A stretch of DNA of 64,000 nt from a virus (Duplodnaviria > Caudoviricetes): IMG/VR virus record IMGVR_UViG_3300031994_004484; one strand, given 5' to 3'. Under the pieces are notes generated by a model that did not search any database, was not told the origin of the DNA, and worked only from the letters and a program-made list of their open reading frames with translations. A program made the translations under genes and the position numbers. Shown here piece by piece: positions 60,415 to 64,000 of this stretch (position 1 is the first letter of the stretch; every line of letters begins with the position of its first letter).

Positions 60415-62919
60415 ATGGATTGCAGTTGGATTAAAATATATGATGCAGCCATAGGCGGAAACGAACTTGACCCTAATTCATTGACGCCCGGCCAGAACAA
60501 AATCTTTATAGACATAAGCGAGATGCCATCCGAATACGAGTTTCTCGGATGGAAGGATATATCCGGTAATGCAATAGGTGATGATGTGATATCACTTGTA
60601 AGCGGCGGCAGATATGCAACAACATCGCAATGCGGAAGCAATTTTGTCGCTTCGGTTAGAATGAAGGAGGAATCAGTATGTTCTCTTGTTGCGATACCGT
60701 TTGACTCTAAAATGGGTGACGTTACACCAACAGGAATCCAATACGGGTGCAACAAAACCGTCGAAATATCGGCAAGACCTAAATGTTGTTATGAGTTTGA
60801 TTCATGGAACGATTCCGAAGGTCCCGATGTTTTTAGTCCGGATAGGACTGTGACAATTTTGAGCGGTTCGGCAAGATATGTGGCATATTTTGATCCGATA
60901 AGATACAGCATACAGGTTTTTGCAAATAATGACACATGGGGCCGCGTAAACGGTCCTCAAAATGATGTTATATGTGAGGAAAACTTTATTATAGAAGCCA
61001 TACCGGAAGAGGGGTATGCTTTTGTCAAATGGGACGATGATAATACTAATGCAAGAAGAGAGATAACATTTGAATGTGATGGCAAAAGAGTTTATACGGC
61101 CACATTTGCCTCAGATAATGAATATGTTATAACTTATAATGCTAACTACGGAGCAAATCCGCAAACAATCGAACAAGGCTATTTCCAAGTAGGTGCACCT
61201 GTTAAGTTTATGAGTGGGTTTGAAAGGGAAAATTATGTGTTTCTCGGCTGGGGAAAGGAAAGTGATAGTGCGGAACCGGACCCTTCAATTATTCCCGGTG
61301 AAACAGGTACATATGATTGGGAAGAAAGTATAACATTATATGCCGTATGGAGGGAGAAGGACGAACATAAATTTATATATATATACGGTGGCGAAGAACA
61401 CCCATCTTCTAATGGTTATATGGAAGGTGCTGTTGTTGTATTAGACGAAGACCCATATCACGGCGAACTTGAGTATATTTTCCTTGGATGGCGTATGACA
61501 GAGGAGGAAAACGAAGTACCTTCCGAAGACGTTCCAATAATTGGCGCCGGAGGAAGATATACAATGGGCCGGCGCGACACATATGCATATGCGGTTTTGG
61601 CTGAAGACGACGGTAAAGTTTACAATACGCTCACCTATGTTTTCGGAGATGGTTTCGACAATCAGGTGATAGGCGGAATAGTTAATGGTGATTCCGTTAT
61701 ACTGCAAGATCCGATTGTTTTAGGCGTGGATTTTAACCGTGTTCATAAAAATTTTACAACATGGTATATTACTAACAGTTCATTGCCACATGACCCAGAC
61801 TCCCAACTTATTATAACCCAAGATACTGTTTTGACGGCTCAAACAGTAACACAAGAAACTTATGAAATTGAATTTTTAGAGAAATGTGATGATGAATCGC
61901 AAGGGCAAAGCCCCGCTTCAATTATCGGGTATCCTGATGAGATAGTAACTTTGCCCGACATGGCTTCATATATTTGCGGCGAAAACATTTTCAAAGGATG
62001 GTCCAAAGATGATGACGCAACATTTGCGACATACGGTCCCGGTACAAGTATAGCTATTCCCGGAGATATGACCCTTTATGGTATATGGGAAAAACCTTCC
62101 GAATTCAGTGTCTATTACATTGACAATTATAATTGTGGGATAACTGATACCAACACATATTCTGATGGTGACACTGTGATTGTAAAACCGTGCAATTGCA
62201 TGACGCAAGACGGATGTCATTGTACCGGATGGGTTGACGGGGACGGAAACGAATATGAAGGAAATGACACGTTCCAAATACATCACAATACAGTTCTTAA
62301 TGCCGTTTTTGACTGTTGCCTTGTCAGGTTCAGGACAATGGGTAGCGTTACAATAACAATAGACGGAACCGCCATAACAGACAATACCAAATTGAATATA
62401 GACGACAACACCGAGTTTGATGTTGAGGTTGGTGATAATCAGGTTTTCCTTGGTTGGTATGACGCAACCGACAGCGGTTATATATATCCGTGTGAAGAAC
62501 CGTCCGATTACAAATATGTTGTGGTTCCATACACATTAAGGCCTTCTTCAAGTGACATTACCACACTATCAAATGAGAGTTTCATACAGACAATAGAAGA
62601 CAACACACAAAAACTGAATTCATTTATAATGAATTCACAAACAGGCGAAATAAGACAGCGCGTTGGGGTTTGTAGCGGTTCTGAGGAATACAGCCTATCA
62701 TGCGGTTCAACAGTATTTGCCATCGCGATGCCATATGAATATACACAAACTGACGGAAACGACGGTAATACGTATGTGAAATACGATAGCAGGCCATATT
62801 CGGATTTTTACTCATACCTGAATTCAAATCCGACTTATGATAGTCTTCCGGCATTTGTTGAGGTTGTTATCGGCGGAATATCATGCTTTTACGTGGTTCA
62901 TATAGGAGGTATGTTATAG
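60415..62919 (+). CDS. InlB-B-repeat tail fibre/adhesin, paralogue of the preceding gene
   Basis: Repeats such as Y.ITYNAN.G, F.RENY.FLGW, TLYAVW, F.GW...DMTLYGIW. Confidence 0.75.
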   Translation: MDCSWIKIYDAAIGGNELDPNSLTPGQNKIFIDISEMPSEYEFLGWKDISGNAIGDDVISLVSGGRYATTSQCGSNFVASVRMKEESVCSLVAIPFDSKMGDVTPTGIQYGCNKTVEISARPKCCYEFDSWNDSEGPDVFSPDRTVTILSGSARYVAYFDPIRYSIQVFANNDTWGRVNGPQNDVICEENFIIEAIPEEGYAFVKWDDDNTNARREITFECDGKRVYTATFASDNEYVITYNANYGANPQTIEQGYFQVGAPVKFMSGFERENYVFLGWGKESDSAEPDPSIIPGETGTYDWEESITLYAVWREKDEHKFIYIYGGEEHPSSNGYMEGAVVVLDEDPYHGELEYIFLGWRMTEEENEVPSEDVPIIGAGGRYTMGRRDTYAYAVLAEDDGKVYNTLTYVFGDGFDNQVIGGIVNGDSVILQDPIVLGVDFNRVHKNFTTWYITNSSLPHDPDSQLIITQDTVLTAQTVTQETYEIEFLEKCDDESQGQSPASIIGYPDEIVTLPDMASYICGENIFKGWSKDDDATFATYGPGTSIAIPGDMTLYGIWEKPSEFSVYYIDNYNCGITDTNTYSDGDTVIVKPCNCMTQDGCHCTGWVDGDGNEYEGNDTFQIHHNTVLNAVFDCCLVRFRTMGSVTITIDGTAITDNTKLNIDDNTEFDVEVGDNQVFLGWYDATDSGYIYPCEEPSDYKYVVVPYTLRPSSSDITTLSNESFIQTIEDNTQKLNSFIMNSQTGEIRQRVGVCSGSEEYSLSCGSTVFAIAMPYEYTQTDGNDGNTYVKYDSRPYSDFYSYLNSNPTYDSLPAFVEVVIGGISCFYVVHIGGML

Positions 62920-63884
62920 TGGGACATAAGATAGGTTATATAATAGAAAGTGACGATGAAGTCAGGATGGAATACATAAGGGAGGAATACGAACCGTATT
63001 TCCAACCTGAATGGGTTAACGGTGTAAACAGTTTCAACAACACAGACGATGTTGACCCTAATAATGTAGACAGTCCTGACCTGATAAGGGTTTCTGAAGA
63101 TTCAGGATATGGATATTACTCAAAAACCCTCATAGTTCCGTGGAAGACAACGAATTTCAGGATATTGGTTGTAATAGACGGTGTTGAAGGCAACAACTCA
63201 TTCGTATATAGCGGATACAATACTTTCATAAAAACAAGAAGGGAAACCTCGAAGATATACTCCACAATAAAAGACAATAGGGACCATTCAAACCGAAGCG
63301 GCGCTATAACAATAACGCATTCTTCCGATGTGAATTCTACGGCCACACTGAAAATCCTCCAAGATGAATGTGATATAAGAATAGGTATGCTGTCATGTGT
63401 TGTAAACGACGGGGAAGAAATACCCATACCGCCGAATTTGTTTGAATATGAATTCGACACTCTGACCGAGATTTCCGACTGTAAAAAAGAGTCTATAAAA
63501 ATAAAGGTATTGGCGACAGGTGTTACGAATAGATTCTACATTAAAAGTATAAAGGAATATGTGGCCGTCGGCGAGATAGATAACACATACAAGTACATTG
63601 ACGGAAAGTTCTATAAAAGTTTCTTGAAATGGTCTAACGGCAATTATGTTACATATCGTGCAGAAGCTCTTGTTATAGACAACATAGGTTATCAACCAAA
63701 GAAATATGACAACGCATTCGCCATAAAAATAGGGACCGACAGCACAATCACCATAACAAACTATGGGCGCGTTTTTATGGAGCCGAACGCCACATACATA
63801 ATAACGTTGGCAAATTATGATGATATAGATGTCACTTGTGAGATAAGGTTGGTCTATAAAGAAAAACCGCTCAACTTGTTATAA
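62919..63884 (+). CDS. Putative virion protein (BACON/Ig-like segment)
   Basis: ORF 62883..63884; probable GTG start overlapping the upstream TAG; N....RSG.ITITH.......I.Q. Confidence 0.65.
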   Translation: MGHKIGYIIESDDEVRMEYIREEYEPYFQPEWVNGVNSFNNTDDVDPNNVDSPDLIRVSEDSGYGYYSKTLIVPWKTTNFRILVVIDGVEGNNSFVYSGYNTFIKTRRETSKIYSTIKDNRDHSNRSGAITITHSSDVNSTATLKILQDECDIRIGMLSCVVNDGEEIPIPPNLFEYEFDTLTEISDCKKESIKIKVLATGVTNRFYIKSIKEYVAVGEIDNTYKYIDGKFYKSFLKWSNGNYVTYRAEALVIDNIGYQPKKYDNAFAIKIGTDSTITITNYGRVFMEPNATYIITLANYDDIDVTCEIRLVYKEKPLNLL

Positions 63885-64000
63885 GTTGAGCAGCCTTTCA
63901 GTGTCATTTTTAACATCATCATAATCCTCTATTGAGAATTTTAGCATTCTGTAGTCGTTGTCCACTTCCTTAAATTCGTAGGTCATGTCTTCCATGTTCC
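63879..64000 (-). CDS. C-terminal end of a convergent gene
   Basis: Minus-strand reading NMEDMTYEFKEVDNDYRMLKFSIEDYDDVKNDTERLLNL*; its stop overlaps that of the + gene. Confidence 0.6.
   Translation of the reverse strand, partial: NMEDMTYEFKEVDNDYRMLKFSIEDYDDVKNDTERLLNL

Noticed and set aside
1-64000. Stop-codon reassignment (TAG to Gln as in Lak and some crAss-like phages)
   Set aside because: Multi-kb genes are intact in the standard code, and TAG ends genes at natural C-termini (for example ssb DLPF-TAG at 24853).
1-64000. CRISPR array, tRNA/rRNA, DGR or reverse transcriptase, integrase
   Set aside because: I saw no repeat-spacer array, cloverleaf, RT motif or recombinase motif. Diverged template/variable repeat pairs cannot be fully excluded by eye.

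Overview
This 64 kb window is part of a large contractile-tailed (T4-like or jumbo-type) phage genome. It reads in the standard genetic code and is almost all on the + strand. The likely host is an anaerobic Bacteroidota, based on TTTG-N19-21-TAnnTTTG-type promoters, an Hc1-like protein and class III nrdD/nrdG. Gene order: end of tail sheath; two convergent, truncated Zn-ribbon-repeat (DUF723-like) genes; tail tube; small accessory genes; a Vsr/DUF559-like nuclease; a degenerate terminase-ATPase-like gene; tail chaperone(s); tape measure; baseplate proteins carrying OmpA-like, gp53/LysM-like, M15 peptidase and tail lysozyme modules; a replication block (ssb, RecA/UvsX, Hc1, 5'-3' exonuclease, DnaB helicase, nrdD, split HNH gene, nrdG); gp25 and gp6; then nine probable virion proteins, three with InlB-B-like repeats. 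I found no tRNA, rRNA, CRISPR array, reverse transcriptase or integrase. The most notable signals are: (1) an acidic/Tyr-rich 'LP...SPxYIxV' module dispersed through seven (possibly eight) otherwise dissimilar virion genes; (2) a ~300 nt structured non-coding leader before ssb; (3) two truncated paralogues joined at a 9 nt microhomology; (4) an apparently inactive terminase ATPase paralogue; (5) a sense-strand TATTTAT(A) promoter motif; (6) a frameshifted HNH gene inside an AT-rich nrdD-nrdG tract. All family assignments come from motif recognition by eye, not database searches.
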